Shown here in pieces: positions 1 to 12,100 of a stretch of 64,000 bases of DNA (positions are counted from its first letter, which is position 1; each line of letters starts with the position of its first letter). The notes beneath the pieces are model-generated. The model saw only the letters and a list, made by a program, of their open reading frames with translations. It ran no database searches and was not told the DNA's origin. The translations under genes were made by a program, and so were the position numbers. Source of the DNA: Octopus sinensis (Eukaryota); assembly GCF_006345805.1 (NCBI RefSeq), contig NC_043004.1:88970001-89034000 (forward strand), written 5' to 3'.

Positions 1-53
1 CCGCTGTGCCATTGCACCTCCACATATATATATATATATACATATATATATAG

Positions 54-330
54 GTACAGGTGTGGCTGTGTGGTAAGAAGTTTGCTTCCCAACTATATGG
101 TTTCAGGTTCAGTCCCACTGTGTGGCACCTTGGATAACTGTCTTCTACTATAGCCTCAGGTAGACCAAAGCCATGTGAGTGGATTTGGTAGATGGAAAAT
201 GAAAGACGCCAGTCATGTGTGTATGTGTCTACATCAGTCCCCCAAAACTGCTTGACAACTGGTGTTAGTTTCTTTATGTCCTTATAACTTAGCAGTTCAG
301 CAAAAGAGTCCAGACTAGCTTCCTGCAGCT
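54..330 (+). mobile_element. SINE family A copy (degenerate); further copies at ~9657-9998 (+), 19566-20010 (-), 27949-28349 (+), 33168-33390 (+), 48365-48800 (-), 51370-51700 (-)
   Basis: Shared head tgtggctgtgtggtaagaagtttgcttcccaacc and body ccttgggcaagtgtcttctactatagcc. Confidence 0.75.
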
Positions 331-1949
331 TCTGTCAACCAAATTTACCCACAGAGCATTAGCTGGCCCAGGACCATAACACAAGACGCCAAAGTTCAGT
401 GCAGTGTGATTGAACATGAAACTACATGGTTGTCAAGTAAACTTCTTAACCTCTCAGCTGTGCATGTGTCTGTGTGTATGAACATTTACGTTCTGTGTTT
501 CACATGAAGGCACTGAACTAAAAATCATGGATATTAGTTGGTATCCCTTGACACAAAAAAAATAATCATTTCCTTGCTGTGTTTTCGAAGATGAGCAGAA
601 TAAAAAAAAACAAGATAACTTACTTTAAAAAAAAGCAAAGCCTAACAGCAGGAAAGGCACCCACCTTTCCTATCATGGAAAACCCAGGTGTAAAAATGAA
701 CGAATGAAGTACACTCTGCTTCAAACTTTTATAAATTAGATTGTTCTACGAATAAATTTTTGATTTTTAAATGCATTCCAATATAATGATTTCTGTAAGA
801 TCTTTTAAGGTTTTGATTTATAAGAGACGATGATGGAATGTTATTGGTGTTCTGGAGCATACCATTAAGCAGAGGAATACATGTCACATTATATCATTTG
901 TCATGCCCTTATTAAGTCAATACCTCACAGCATGTGAGAAATCAATATATTATAAATCATAATTTGTAAGTGAACAAGCTAAAGTCATATAACGGCAATA
1001 AATCTGTGAAACAGATCAATAACAAAACAGGAAGAGAACAATTTTGTACTTGATTGAACTGGAATACCGTGTTCTTCAAACCAAATTCAAGGGAAGTAAT
1101 TCTTCATATCATCTGTTTCATTAAAACCCAAACAATTGCAATTGTTCTTAATAATCAATCAATCAATCAAATGAAGAGTTTGATACAAAATTTCTTAAAA
1201 AATAACACAACCAAAATAAAATAAATGATGCCAGAAATTTATTTTTTTTATCAAAAAATACACTCCTTTGAAAATTTGGAAAAAAAAAATGAAAATAAAA
1301 AAAAACAATTGTATTTGTGACATAAAACTTGAAATGGGGGGAGAGTGGAGCGGGGGAAAAAAAAAGAAAAAAAATCGATGATTGTTTGATAAATTTGTAA
1401 TGTTATGTCAGAGTTCCACATATTGAACACTTTAATAATTTGAGGTTTCCTTTCAGTATGTCTGGTAATCAGCTGAGATTTATGACTGATCCAGAATTAA
1501 ACCTTTATCACATTAGCATAACAAGAATGGTATTCATAACCCTCCCCTCCCCCCGCCTCACACAAACACACACATACAAATCCACTATCACTAATGAATA
1601 AAACTCTTCCTCTCTCTTTTGCTAATATTTTCAAATGTTTGTAATACAATAACATCATCCTTTTTTAAACTCCCACCCCTCTTTTAATGGTCCTCTTCAA
1701 TATTATATAATAATGATAACTGTGTCTTGCATTGACCCAAAGCCTGAAAATTTCAAAAGAGAAGGAATATAAGTTGATTGAGTCTACCCACAAATGGTTC
1801 TATTTTATTTAATTTTATTGGCTTCAGAGAGACGAAAGGGAAAGTTGACATCCCTTACTCCTACCAGAGGGACTTGAAATCAAACAGCAAAGGGATAAAA
1901 CTATTCTATAGCATCTGTCTGTTGCAATATCATCACTGTTACTAGCCTA

Positions 1950-2176
1950 TAATAATAATAATAAGGATTTACAATTTTGGCACAAGGCCAGAAATTTCAA
2001 GGGAGGGGTTAAGTTGATAACACTGACCTCAATGGTCAACTGGTACTTATTTTATCAACCCTTAAAGGATGAAAGGCAAAGTTAACCTCAGTGGAATTTG
2101 AACTCAGACTGTTAAGATGGACAAAACGCCGATAAGCATTTTTCCAGTGTGTTAATGGTTCTGCCAGCTCATCACC

Positions 2177-2207
<31 letters not shown>

Positions 2208-3894
2208 GATAAAATTCCTGCTAATTAAATTAGCAAGTATTAGCATAATAATAATGTTTTCAAATTTTGGCACAAAGCCAGCAATTTTAAGGAGAAGAGT
2301 TAGTTGATGCTATCAACCCTTGTACTTCACTGGAACTTTATTTCATCAACTCTGTCCAAAATAATAATAATAATGTTTCTAATTTAAGCTCAAGGCCAGT
2401 AGTTCTGAGGTGAGGAGAGGGGATTTAGTCAATGCCCTCAACCCCTGTACTGTATTTGACATAACTCTGGAAGGGCCTAAGTCAAAGTTGAGCTAGGCAA
2501 TACTTGAAATCAGAATGTAAAATCATCATCATCGTTTAACATCCGTTTTCCGCGCTAGCACGGTTTTAATTAAATACCACAAGGCATTTTGTTGGATGCT
2601 CTAATGATTCTGCCAATCCATCACCTTAAATAATAATTTCTTACTTAAGCACCAGAAATTTCAGGGAGATGAGTTAATCGCTGTCAGAGATAACCTCAAT
2701 GAGGTTTGAACTCACAATGTAAACAGCCAGAACATAGTACCAACAAGTTAACTGGCTCATCGCAACACCAGTGCCTGTTCTGACACTATCAGTCTATATA
2801 TCAGTAGCAGGGGAATGAATCACTGATGTCTCTAGTGGTCAAGTGTCCCATCACTGACAAGACCAAACAAGGTCGAAATCACATGATCTGGTGGTCTCAG
2901 TGCTGGGGGTAGCAGGTATTTATCTCTCTGCCAGCAATATAAACAGGAGTGCATTTTTCACCAAAAAGCCAATATGAGAGTTTCTCTCATGGTAACTACT
3001 GAAGAAAAGCTTCTTCTAGAATATCCACATTTAAAGTTCAAAGTTCTGACAAATTTGCCCTTAATAACAATTATTTCTGATTTAGGCACAAGGCTGGCAA
3101 ATTTTAAGGGGAGAGAATCTGTCAATGTCATCTGGTATTTGTGATACTTTATTTTATTCACCCTGGAGGGATGAAAAGCAAAGCTGACTTTGGCAGGATT
3201 TGATCTCAGATCATAAGGAGCCCAAAGAAACGCTGCAAAGCATTTTGTCCAACTCTGTAACAATAATGGTAATAATTTCTAATTTTGGCACAAGGCCAGC
3301 AATTTTGGAAGGAAGGTGTCAGTTGACTATGCCAACCCCAATGCCCAGCATGTACTTTATATATCAAACCCAAAAGCACAAAAGGCAGTGTTGACATCAG
3401 CTGAATTTGAACTTAGAACATAAAGGGCAGGAAGAAATCCTGCTAAGCATTTTGTCTGACAAGGTAATGAGTCTGTCAGTTGGCCACTTTGATAATAACG
3501 ATAATTATATTAATTAATAGGACTTCTAACTTCAGGACACCAGGCTTAAAAAAAAAAGAAAAGTGAGCAAATTCAATTTAATCAGCCCCCAGCCATTTCT
3601 GAGCAGGACTTGGATTTATTAGAGGCAAATTCAACCATGGTGAGATTTGAACTCAGATTGTAAAGAGTTGGATGAGATACTGCAAGGCATTTTGTCTGTT
3701 ATAATAATCCTTTCTACTACAGGCACAAGGCCTGAAATCTGGTGGGGAAGGGATCTAGTTGATTATATTGACCTCAGTACATGACTGGTACTTATTTCAT
3801 CATAAGGCTGAGTTGACCTCAGAATGTAGAAACAGGTGAAATGCTGCTGAGGATTTTGTCCAGTATGCTAACAGTTCTATCTGCTCATTACCTC

Positions 3895-3935
<41 letters not shown>

Positions 3936-4810
3936 TAATAAATGCCCTGATGCAGTAGCAGGCAGTGGCTCTCGTGGCTTCTGATCTTAACTGATTGGAA
4001 GTGCTATCATGTACATTGTGTTGTCTTGGTATAAAAGATGGGCTACAGCAAATATTCTGCTCAATACCACAGATTTGCTTGTCAGTTGTTTGACCGTAAC
4101 CAGTTGAGCATGTCCCTTGGTGGCTGACGATATGCGCATCTCTGATCATGCAGCAGAAGTTGTGGGGGAGCCTCATCATAGCCATGTGTTGAGAGGGATT
4201 CTTTGGGGTTTTAATAATTCACCTCTGGAAACATGGGTGTTTCATTCAACATCCTTAAACAACCCTTATTCAAGGACCTTTTGAGCGGGATGGGTTACTT
4301 GACCAGAAGAAAATTCTAACTGGGCCCCACCTGCAAGGTCATGTGCTGTTTATCTTGATATGAGATCACCATGTTGCGCACACATGGTTGTGATGCATGT
4401 GCCTAGTTGTACCCTTATCAGACGGGTAGTAATGATGGGTATAATGGGCTTCATATATTTTACCCCACTGCTCTCTTAATAATAATAACAACAACAATAA
4501 TAATCCTTTCTACAAAAGGCACAAGGCCTGAAATTTGAGGAGGGGACTAGTCGAAAGGATGAAAAGTGAAGTCGACCTCAGTGGAATTTGAACTCAGAAC
4601 ATAGCGATGGGCAAAATACTGCTATGCATTTTGTCTGGCATGCTAATGATTCTGCCAGCTCATTACCTTAAATAATATTTTCATTATTATTATTAATTAT
4701 TAATTATTATTATTATTATTATTAAGGTGGCAAGCTGGCAGAATCGTTAGCATGCCAGGCAAAATGCTTAGCAACATTTTGCTAGTCGCTTATGTCCTGA
4801 GTTCAAACCA
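1950..4810 (-). mobile_element. Cluster of about 8-10 degenerate SINE B copies chained via (AAT)n tails; similar chains at 31740-33800 and 36860-37255
   Basis: Repeated ggcacaaggcc..aaatt..ggggag..gatgaaaggcaaagttgacctc..gaatttgaactcag units, almost all in the same orientation. Confidence 0.8.
3938..4475 (-). mobile_element. ~540-bp interspersed repeat family C with (ATT)n tail; other copies at 32385-32930 and 36470-36860
   Basis: Three collinear copies starting aaatgccctgatgcagtaccaggcagtggctctc; at least two directly abut (AAT)n. Orientation is inferred from the tail. Confidence 0.8.
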
Positions 4811-6019
4811 TAAACAATAATAACAATTAGCTCTAGCAGGTAGCAGGGAGAGAGAGAGAGACAACTCTGTATTCAATTCTACTTCAACTTGCTTTCCACT
4901 TCATTTTGTGAAACAATGGGGGGGGGGGGGGAAACACTGAAGTAGAAAAAACTACTTTCTCTATAATCTTCAACCATCAAAACAACAGATACAGCCATCT
5001 ATGTTCCTAACGTATTTTAGAGAAAAAGAAAAACATCATTCCACTTGATAATACAAGTTATTAGGAAACAGCTGGCTTCAAAAGTTTCTAGTCCTATTCT
5101 TCCCCTCTTAACATTTTTCACACAGACTCAGAAAACAAAATAGACACAAAATCTGTTTGTATAAAATGATTCTTTTTCTTCCGTTTTATCGCTTTTTTTT
5201 TTTCAATTTTTTTTTTTTGTTGCCTCTATGACAATGATATTTGAAGAAGTGTTTAAAGCTTGAGAAAAAATATTAACTGAATATTACTTGAAAGGATAAA
5301 TTTGTAATTGAATTGACTCAGTTTTCAGAAGTAAATCTTAAATAAATCAAGTCAATGTTTGTTGGTTCTTTTGTCTTCGTTCTTTTTTAGATATTAGACA
5401 TGGAATAAAATAATGAAAATAAAAAATGTTTTAAGGAATTGGAAATACACTAGTGTTTCCTGATTATTACAACATTTAAATAGCCTCTTGTCTTCTCACA
5501 AGAGTATGAACCAGTGAAAAATAAAGAACCTCAATCAAGGTAAAAATAGGCATTATTCTGGTTATTACAATGAAATTAATTTAATCCAATCCAAATGATA
5601 AAGCACCTAATGATTCATGGGAAAACAAGACAAAAAGGAAATAGCATTTCTGTGAAAAAAAAAAAATGGTTAAGTTGTGACTTAGCTGCCATAAAAACCT
5701 ATGATAGATTTATCTAGAGAACTCAATATCATCCTCATCATGAGAGGGAAAATAATATATTAACCATTATAATATAGTTAATGAAAGTAGAAGTCACAAC
5801 CATGAGAACAACACAATTCCTAACCTTTTCACTTGTGTGCAAAGTTTGGAAAAGGATGTTTCTAATTGAACCAGAAGAAAGAACATCAGATCAATTATTT
5901 CATTGTATATATTTAATTACAAGCATTTTAGAAAGTATGATTAAGAAATGTATAAAACAATGTTTAAAAATCCATTTGTTTATTTTTTTCTTTATTATTT
6001 TAATAGTTGAACATTTTTG

Positions 6020-6243
6020 TTAACAACCCATTTCAGATTGCCCCTGGTTCTATGGTACAGGTTTCTGGTTTTTAAGTGGTCTAAATTAAAAACCATCCAC
6101 CCAAAATTTCATGCTGATTTGTGTTCCAAACACCAGCATAATAATTAATAGCAAAGTCAATTTATTAAATTCTTCGTTATTTCCAAAATTAATTAAGACA
6201 AAAGGCTTATATTTCAATAGAAATATGGTAATGAAAGGGTTAA
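6020..6243. mobile_element. Related, older piggyBac-type MITE
   Basis: Ends ggtaatgaaagggTTAA; similar length and internal similarity to 42004-42225; left TIR decayed. Confidence 0.6.
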
Positions 6244-6431
6244 TCTCTTGGAAGAATATTAATTTTTAAAAAAAGTCTAATTCATGTACTTTTTAAATAA
6301 GATAACAATTCTAGTTATTAAAAATATAAGTAAACTATGTAAAACATAGCTATCTCATCAGATCTTTGCCAGATAACTGTCATTTCAAAAGTATTATCAA
6401 ACATGATAAAGTAGATATATATATAATATAT

Positions 6432-6480
<49 letters not shown>

Positions 6481-7344
6481 CACATAAAGGCAGTGAATGA
6501 AAAAGAGGTAGACAAGCAAAATAAAGAGCAGAGATTTTTTTTGGTCTGTTATGAAAAGCAAAATGGAAAAATCAGGAGGGCAAAGTGAATGAGGAAAAGC
6601 AACTTAGCAAGCGTCATTGTAGTCCATTGATGGTCCCCATTTAAGCATTTTATTTAATCTCTCACATCCTTTATTCCTTTATAACTCTGATTTCAATAAG
6701 AACTTTAGTGATATCTACCAACAGTAATTAGATATTCAATGACTAGTTCTCCAACACAGTCGAAGTAATGAAAGAAACATATATAAGACCCTCTCAAAGG
6801 AAATTGTAAGCTTTTCAATTGTAAGCTATTTGTTATTATTATCTTTATATAATAAACACAGTAGTATAGTAAGGGAGGCATTTTTGGATCGGCAATATAA
6901 GCCTGTATAAGCTGTATTGGCCCCAGTGAGAGGGAGTCAACAAACCCAAGGATTGCCCTGGGGTAACACATATTACAGCTATGCCACTATATAATCGTTA
7001 TCATTATTTAAATGTAGCTTGATAAGAACCCAGTTTTACACTTCAAGTTATTATCCCTTCATAAAAAAAAAACATAATATTTATAAATAAATGAGGAGAG
7101 GCAATTTCTTGTTTCTGATTTCTTTTTTCAACAAAATATAAAATAACAAAAAAAGAAAAGAGGGAATTTTGCAGAGTCAGGTCATATGACTTTCGTTCTA
7201 TCCATGATCCTAATAATTAAAGGATCTGCATCCAATGAATTCTTTATTTATTTGAATTTTAAATATGTGGAGTGGGAGGAGCTGAGGGTGTGATCCACTA
7301 CCAGTTTATGCTTCAAGCAATGTCAACATAGGCAAAAGAATCCT

Positions 7345-7554
7345 GATACATATACATTATATACATATATATGCATACATACACATACATATATGTATAT
7401 ATACATACGTACATACACATATACACATACATACATTTATATATATATATACATATTTACATACATATACATATATGCATACATATACATACATATATGC
7501 ATATATATATATATATATATATACATATATATGCATACATATATACATATATGC

Positions 7555-7587
<33 letters not shown>

Positions 7588-7790
7588 TGCATACATATAT
7601 ACATATATATATGCATACATATATACATATATATATGCATACATATATGCATACATATATATATGCATACATATATACATATATATATGCATACATATAT
7701 ACATACATACATACATATATATACATATATATATACATACATATATGCATACATACATACACATACATACATACATATATACATACAAAT
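7345..7790. repeat. Compound (TA)n/(TACA)n/atatgcatac microsatellite
   Basis: Direct inspection; it produces the Y/I/H/M/C ORFs in the track. Confidence 0.95.
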
Positions 7791-8229
7791 GTTTATGTCT
7801 TGAGTTCAGTGCCCATTTTAATAATATAACATCATTGCCTTTAACGAGGCTAATGTTTCATAACGATTGTTTGCTTTAGCTTTGACACAATAGTCTTTCT
7901 CTTGCTTCCACAGTCTATCTCATACTTACCAGGTTTGAATCATCATTAACAATTTGAAAAAAAAAAAAAAAGTGGAGACTCTGACAAATGTCTCTGCAGG
8001 TTGCATTCATGTATATGCATGCATGCATATGTTATATATATATATATGTGTGTGTGTATGTATGTGTGTGTGTGTGTGCGTGTGTGTGTATGTATATATA
8101 TATAAACACATACATATACACACACACACTCACACACACGTGCTGAACTCCATATCGTCCACCTCACACATCAGAGTCACACAGCTTGTCAAACAAACTG
8201 TCTTCCCCCAGAAATGTATAAATAATTGT

Positions 8230-9069
8230 TTATTTATTGCAGTCATTAGAACTTTTAATTACCAGCTGATGGTGGGGGATGGAGGAAAGTAGAATGTTTT
8301 TTGTAGATGTCTTCTTCCTGTTTGCTGTTGTTGTATTTTTCAAGCTTAATTTTTGTGCTTTCTTCTCTTCCTTTCTTTCTCTTTTTTTTTGTCTGTTTCA
8401 TTTTGTATCGTTTTGCGTTGTTTTTTTTTTTCCTTTGAAAATAACACGGATTCAATATTGACGAGGAAGATTATGGCTACATCCTCCAGTTAAGTCAATT
8501 TATAAAATACAGCTTCCAAGAAAAACAGTCGTTTTAAAGAGCTGTAACTGCAGCTGTCCCCAAAAACAGCTGCAAAGATGCCGAATAAATAGGAGCTCAG
8601 GTAAAGGACTAGATACATATCTCTCTCTAACAAAGTCCTTAACAGTTTGTTAATCGTTATTGTAAATATTTAACTTTTGTTCTGAGTTATCAAAATCAAA
8701 AAGAAGTAATAATAATTGCAATTATCATGGTGGTCGTAGTGATGGTGGTAGTGGTGGTGGTGGTCATAGTATTCATGGTAGTAGTGGTGATGACATTGAT
8801 GGTAGTGGTGGTGGTGGTGGTTGTGATGGTAGTAGTGTTGGTGGAGATAGAAGTAAGCTTTCTGTTGATGTCATTGGCTATTCCAGTTTCTCTGGGAGGG
8901 AGTGAAGGTCATGCCTGGCACAGCCCCCACGTTCCTGCTAGGTAACACAGAGAAGACAAAAAAAAGGAGGGAAAACTGGGCCAGCAAGGTAAAGGAGTAG
9001 CCAAGGTTGATATAACGGAACCAACTAGCCACGGCGATGTTAGTCAAAAACGGGGTTGAAAGAAATACG
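8230..9069 (-). other. Probable proximal 3' UTR of the FCHo gene (true end unknown, may be much longer)
   Basis: Follows the stop codon; AATAAA on the minus strand near 8233-8238; no transcript evidence available. Confidence 0.4.
8727..8845. repeat. (GTG/GTA/GAT)n imperfect trinucleotide repeat in the putative 3' UTR
   Basis: Direct inspection. Confidence 0.85.
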
Positions 9070-9113
9070 TTAGGTGTACTTTGCGTCGGGGTCAGGCTCC
9101 ACTGAATATTTAC
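9070..9113 (-). CDS. FCHO2: FCHo terminal coding exon ([14 protein letters not shown])
   Basis: Acceptor tgtttcag|GT AAA TAT restores the conserved GKY; TAA at 9072-9070. Confidence 0.82.
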
Positions 9114-12100
9114 CTGAAACACAAGTAGGATGGAGTTGTTCATTTGCACACATATTGTCACAGGGCATATGTATACGTGTTGTGCTTCACAGGACTTTTT
9201 TTTTTTCTACAATAACAATCATGCGCTAGAGGACAAAGCAGCATAGCAAAGCAAAGAAATTAACGACGTTACTTAATTAATAGTTTGCAGGATTTCGTTT
9301 TTTTTTTTCTTCGGTTTACAAATTACATTATTATGATATGAAAATGTTAAAGCTTAGCAAATTAACAAATATTTAAAAGGATATTTAAAACACTTTACCA
9401 TTATAGCATCATGTAACTCTTAGTAAAATACACACACAAACACACATAGAATGAGGCAATTAGTACAGCTCTTTGGATGCTGACAATTTGGCATGGTTGA
9501 CTGGACATTCTGCCTGTTTTGGCAACAGTACATTTTGGCAGTAGAGATAAACACACACACACACACACACAAATATGTATATACATGCAGAAGTATACAC
9601 ATACAGAGAGAGAGAGAGGGGAGATAGAGAGAAAGAAAAATTGAGACATTACAATTTATGGTCCCACTGTGTGGCACCTTGGGCAAGTGTCTTCTACTAT
9701 AGCCTCAGGCTGACCAAAGCCTTGAGTGGATTTGGTTGACAGAAACTGAAACTCAACATATATATATATATATATATGGGGAGGGGTGGGTCTTTCTGTC
9801 TGTGTTTGTCCTCCACCACTGCTTGACAGCCAGTGTTGGTGTGTTTATGTCCCCATAACTTGACAGTTCAGCAAAAGAGATTAATAGAATAAGTACCAAG
9901 CTTTAAAAAAAAACAAAAATACTGGGGTTGATTCATTTGACTAAAATTTCTTCAAGGCAGTGCCCCAGCATGGCCACAATCTAATGACTGAAACAAGTAA
10001 AAGATTAAAAAAAAAAGATAAATGAGACAAACACTTTCCCTTTCTTCATATACATAAAGAGAAATATACTGAGAGAGAGAGAGAGAACGAGAGAAACATT
10101 AAAACATCTAATGTCAAATAAGTCAGCATGAATCAGTGATGCCAAATAGTCAGCGCCAAAATAGTTGCACCACAATGTCTTATACCAACACACACACACA
10201 CACATTCACAATTTCCTTTGCTGAAAACTAAAGCTTCAAATTGCTGCACTGAGTTTCTCACTTTGCAATCTCAGAGACAAAGTGAAGCTTTAACTTCCAG
10301 GTAAATCAATAAATTAATAATTAAACTCTACTACAAACATTGAAAACTTTGTTTCCTCATTTGATTTACACAATCTAACATATATTATATTATATCATAT
10401 TATATTATGTTATATTATATTAATAGTGCAGAAAAGCAACTAAGACAAGCAAAGCAAAAAAGAAAAAGGTGGTTAATAGAATTCAAGTATTTGTAAAGAG
10501 TTGAAAATGAAGCTGTATAGTGTTAATAATGCACTTGTAATGAATTAATTTACAAACTCCTTTTGCTATCTGTGCTACAAGAAACTAAAGAGAAAGAGTT
10601 GAGTTTTGTTTTCTTCCAAGTGAGTGACAAAAGAGACTCCGGTAGCTAAAATTTCAAACAGTTACTACATTTGAGACTTGAAATATAAAGAAATATTCGG
10701 TTTCTTTTTTTTTGGCTTTTTTTTTTTTTTTTCAGATATACATAATACTGTTAATTTATTTAATGGGTTAAAAATCAAATGCATAATGTTTACTAAAATA
10801 TAGAAAATCTTCAGCATAAAAGAAAAAATTCTAACAAAAATATCTCTTTTTCTAGTTTTCTTTAATGGAAAGGTATATTCATGTGGAATCATATATGTAC
10901 AAGCCTCATGCATAAATCTCATGTACGAGCTTCTTGAGTCTCATGCATGGGCCTTATGTACAACCCTTATGCATAAACCTCATATATGAGTCTCACTTAT
11001 GAGCCTTGAGTATAAGCCTCATGTATGAGCTTCACACATGTATGAGGTTTGTGTTTTTACTTCACAGAGGAAGGTCAGACAAGATACGCAGTTACTAAAT
11101 TTTATTTAAATGGATGACCTTATCTATATCATTGTTGTTGTTATCACTGATGTGGGGTAGACCCTGGTCAGCTAAGGCTGATCAGTTTTAAGGCACGCAG
11201 ATAGTCCACTGAACAGCAAAACATGCCGCCATAGAACCATATTTTCAATTATGTTATATCTTTGCACAATCTGACTTGTAGTCATGTATCATTTGCAGTG
11301 AAGACTGACAATCAACACTATCCAGTTTATGCATGTATGTCTATAGATTCTAGTGCTAACCTGGGCAGAGGTGGGCATGGTGGACTCAGCCAGAATACAA
11401 CATATGCTGTTCCTTGGTAGTTGGTGCAGACATGACTTTGTGATGAAGAAGTTTGCTTTGCAACTGTGTGGTTTTGAGTCAGTCCCAATGTGCAGCACAT
11501 TGGATAATGGTCTTCTACTATAGCCCTGACCAACCAATGCTTTGCAAGTGAATTTCATAGATGAAAACTGTGCAAAAGCCCGTCCTTCCTGTATGTGTGT
11601 GTGAGAGAGAGTGTGTGTGTGTGTGTGTTATACTACTTGACAAGTGGTGGGTTTGTATATGAATTCAGGAACTCAGCAGTTCAACGAAAAAGAGAATAAC
11701 AAGACAAGTACCAGACATGAAATAAGTCATGGGAGGTGGGGATGACTTTATGGACTAAAAACATTTCAAGGTGGTGCCCCAGCATGGCTACAGACTTATG
11801 ACTTATGAACATAATATATATTTCTCTTTTTTGCTCAAACCCTAGGACTCGTCAGGCTCAACTTATTTCCATGGCTTACAAGTGGCCAGGATCACAATAT
11901 TTCCCCTGAACAAGACATTTGTCTGTTGCAGGATTCAAGGCAAGCCAGTTTGGTGGGAGGGGCAAATTGATTATTTTGACTTCAGTACATGACTGATGTT
12001 TGTTTTATCAGCTCTACCCAAAAAGCAAGAAGGGCAAAGTTAACCTCGGCAAGATTTTAACTCAGGATGTAAAGAGCTGGAAGAAATGCCACTAAGCTTC

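Noticed and set aside
2958-3397. ORFs of 63-101 aa
   Set aside because: They lie entirely within SINE B copies; no protein motif.
7357-8292. Several long ORFs rich in Y/I/H/M/C/V
   Set aside because: They are translations of (TA)/(CA) microsatellites, which lack stops in several frames. The same applies to ORFs at 19944-20222, 39156-40397 and 55789-56010.
8871-9161. 96-aa ORF overlapping the terminal exon
   Set aside because: It is in a different frame from GKYSVEP; a chance ORF across the acceptor and UTR.
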